A stretch of 64,000 nt of DNA from the IMG/VR virus record IMGVR_UViG_3300031760_000004, positions 92,294-156,293 of that record; one strand, given 5' to 3'. The notes beneath the pieces are model-generated. The model was not told the origin of the DNA, searched no databases, and saw nothing but the letters and a program-made list of their open reading frames with translations. The position numbers were made by a program, and so were the translations under genes. Shown here piece by piece: positions 62,764-64,000 of this stretch (positions are counted from its first letter, which is position 1; every line of letters starts with the position of its first letter). This DNA comes from a virus. Its lineage: Duplodnaviria; Heunggongvirae; Uroviricota; Caudoviricetes.

Positions 62764-64000
62764 ATGTATCGAGTTCCAGAGTTCATATCTGACGACGAGC
62801 GCCTAGGCGCGATACAGCACGGCATGATCGCCGAGCTCGCGTCCAGGGGCATAGGCCCGCGTGATTTCGTCGAGATGAACAAGCAGGCGTCAAACAGCGT
62901 GTCTGACATAATCGACGCGGCGTTCAAGCTTTCGTTCGGCGCCGGCATCCCGATCGGAGTTGCCACGTACGCCGTAAGCCGTGCGCTGACGCCCACCGTG
63001 AGGACCAACAGGGCCCTCAAGCGCCAGCTTGACGAATACAACGACGTGGTGGCGCAGTACGAGAACCAGGTCGAGGAGCGTAAAAAGGAGGACGCGCAGG
63101 GCCAGGTCCAGAAGGCCGCCGCGTCCCCCATAGTGGAGGGTCTTGGAACCGGGCTTCTGGCCGGAGGGTCGCTGGCCGCCGTGCAGGCGATCGTGTCCGA
63201 CTACCTAGAGGCCAAGCGCCAGCGCGAGCTTGCGAAGAAGCGCAAGAGCAACGACGTGTCCCCAGACACCGTCGTGCTCTACCTTCCGAAGAATCAGGAT
63301 TCGGAATCGCAGGACAAGGCCGCCGAGGCCGGCCTGGGGGTTCGCGACCCGGCCAACGTCAAGGTCGAGCCGGCCGTGGAGTCCAAGGAGATAAAGTACG
63401 ATCCGGACCCGTCCAAGCAGCCCCGCGAGGTGAACGGCAGGTACTCCACCCTTGGCAAGTCCGCGCAGGAGAACACCGAGCCGGTCTCCAACGGCGTGTG
63501 GATCGCCTCGCTCATCGCCGGAGCCCCGCTGGGATACGCCGTGGTTCGCAAGATACACGACAAGCTCGAGGAAAACTCCCTGAAGCGCCAGATAGCCGCG
63601 GCCCAGAAGCAGTATGTGGACCTTCTTTCCAGGCCCCAGTCGGAGAAGACGGCAGAGGACCGCGAGTTCCTCGACATGATCTGGTTCGACCCCGGCATCG
63701 AGAAGCGTGCGAACATAGGCGGGTGGATCGGTGAGCAGGTCGGCGGCGCGTTCGACAACATGTACCAGCCCCTGGCCAACCTGACGTCTGGCGGCGTGGC
63801 CACCGCCATTCTCAGCGCGATCGCGTCGGCCTACGTCACCAACAGGGTCATGCACAAGCAGTTCGACCCGCCCGAGGAAGACGAGGACGAGGACAAGCCG
63901 AAGGTCAAGAAGGTTCTTTTCAAGCAGGGGTCTGGCGAGGCGTATGAAATCACCCCCGAGCAGTTCCTGACGACAATCGCCGTAATGCGCGACTGCATGG
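62764..64000 (+). CDS. putative virion polyprotein-like protein with repeated K-x-A motifs (3'-truncated)
   Basis: frame open from ATG 62764 to the window end; KQA, KAA, KAA, KSA, KTA, KRA interspersed with four hydrophobic Gly/Ala helices. Confidence 0.75.
   Translation, partial: MYRVPEFISDDERLGAIQHGMIAELASRGIGPRDFVEMNKQASNSVSDIIDAAFKLSFGAGIPIGVATYAVSRALTPTVRTNRALKRQLDEYNDVVAQYENQVEERKKEDAQGQVQKAAASPIVEGLGTGLLAGGSLAAVQAIVSDYLEAKRQRELAKKRKSNDVSPDTVVLYLPKNQDSESQDKAAEAGLGVRDPANVKVEPAVESKEIKYDPDPSKQPREVNGRYSTLGKSAQENTEPVSNGVWIASLIAGAPLGYAVVRKIHDKLEENSLKRQIAAAQKQYVDLLSRPQSEKTAEDREFLDMIWFDPGIEKRANIGGWIGEQVGGAFDNMYQPLANLTSGGVATAILSAIASAYVTNRVMHKQFDPPEEDEDEDKPKVKKVLFKQGSGEAYEITPEQFLTTIAVMRDCM

Noticed and set aside
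1-64000. Stop-codon reassignment (alternative genetic code)
   Set aside because: Long conserved genes are intact in code 11, TAA, TAG and TGA all end genes, and no suppressor tRNA was seen

Overview
This window looks like part of a large, GC-rich tailed (jumbo-type) phage genome. Almost every credible gene is on the + strand. Roughly 1-38 kb is a dense run of short, mostly uncharacterised early or accessory genes. The recognisable ones are an RNA ligase, a sigma70 region-4 protein, two HNH nucleases, an i-type lysozyme-like protein, an XRE regulator, a DUF2829/Tad2-like protein, a Lar-like domain and five tRNA or tRNA-like genes. The standout is a stand-alone RAMP/Cas7-like gene (21856-22509). 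It is followed by a GC hairpin and a 732-nt non-coding array with strict 5-nt periodicity: 142 pentamers in 23 blocks, each complete block 5n+1 nt long. This is a candidate RNA-guided system that is not a classical CRISPR. An AT-rich, palindrome-rich intergenic region (about 25.5-26.05 kb) and a three-copy promoter-like motif follow. From 38.6 kb there is a glycosyltransferase cluster surrounding an intein-containing putative portal. After that comes a multisubunit-type RNA polymerase encoded as a beta/beta'-N fusion plus a separate beta'-C gene. It sits among Gly-zipper proteins that share N-terminal leaders ending in K-x-A. All calls come from manual motif recognition, and no database search was run.
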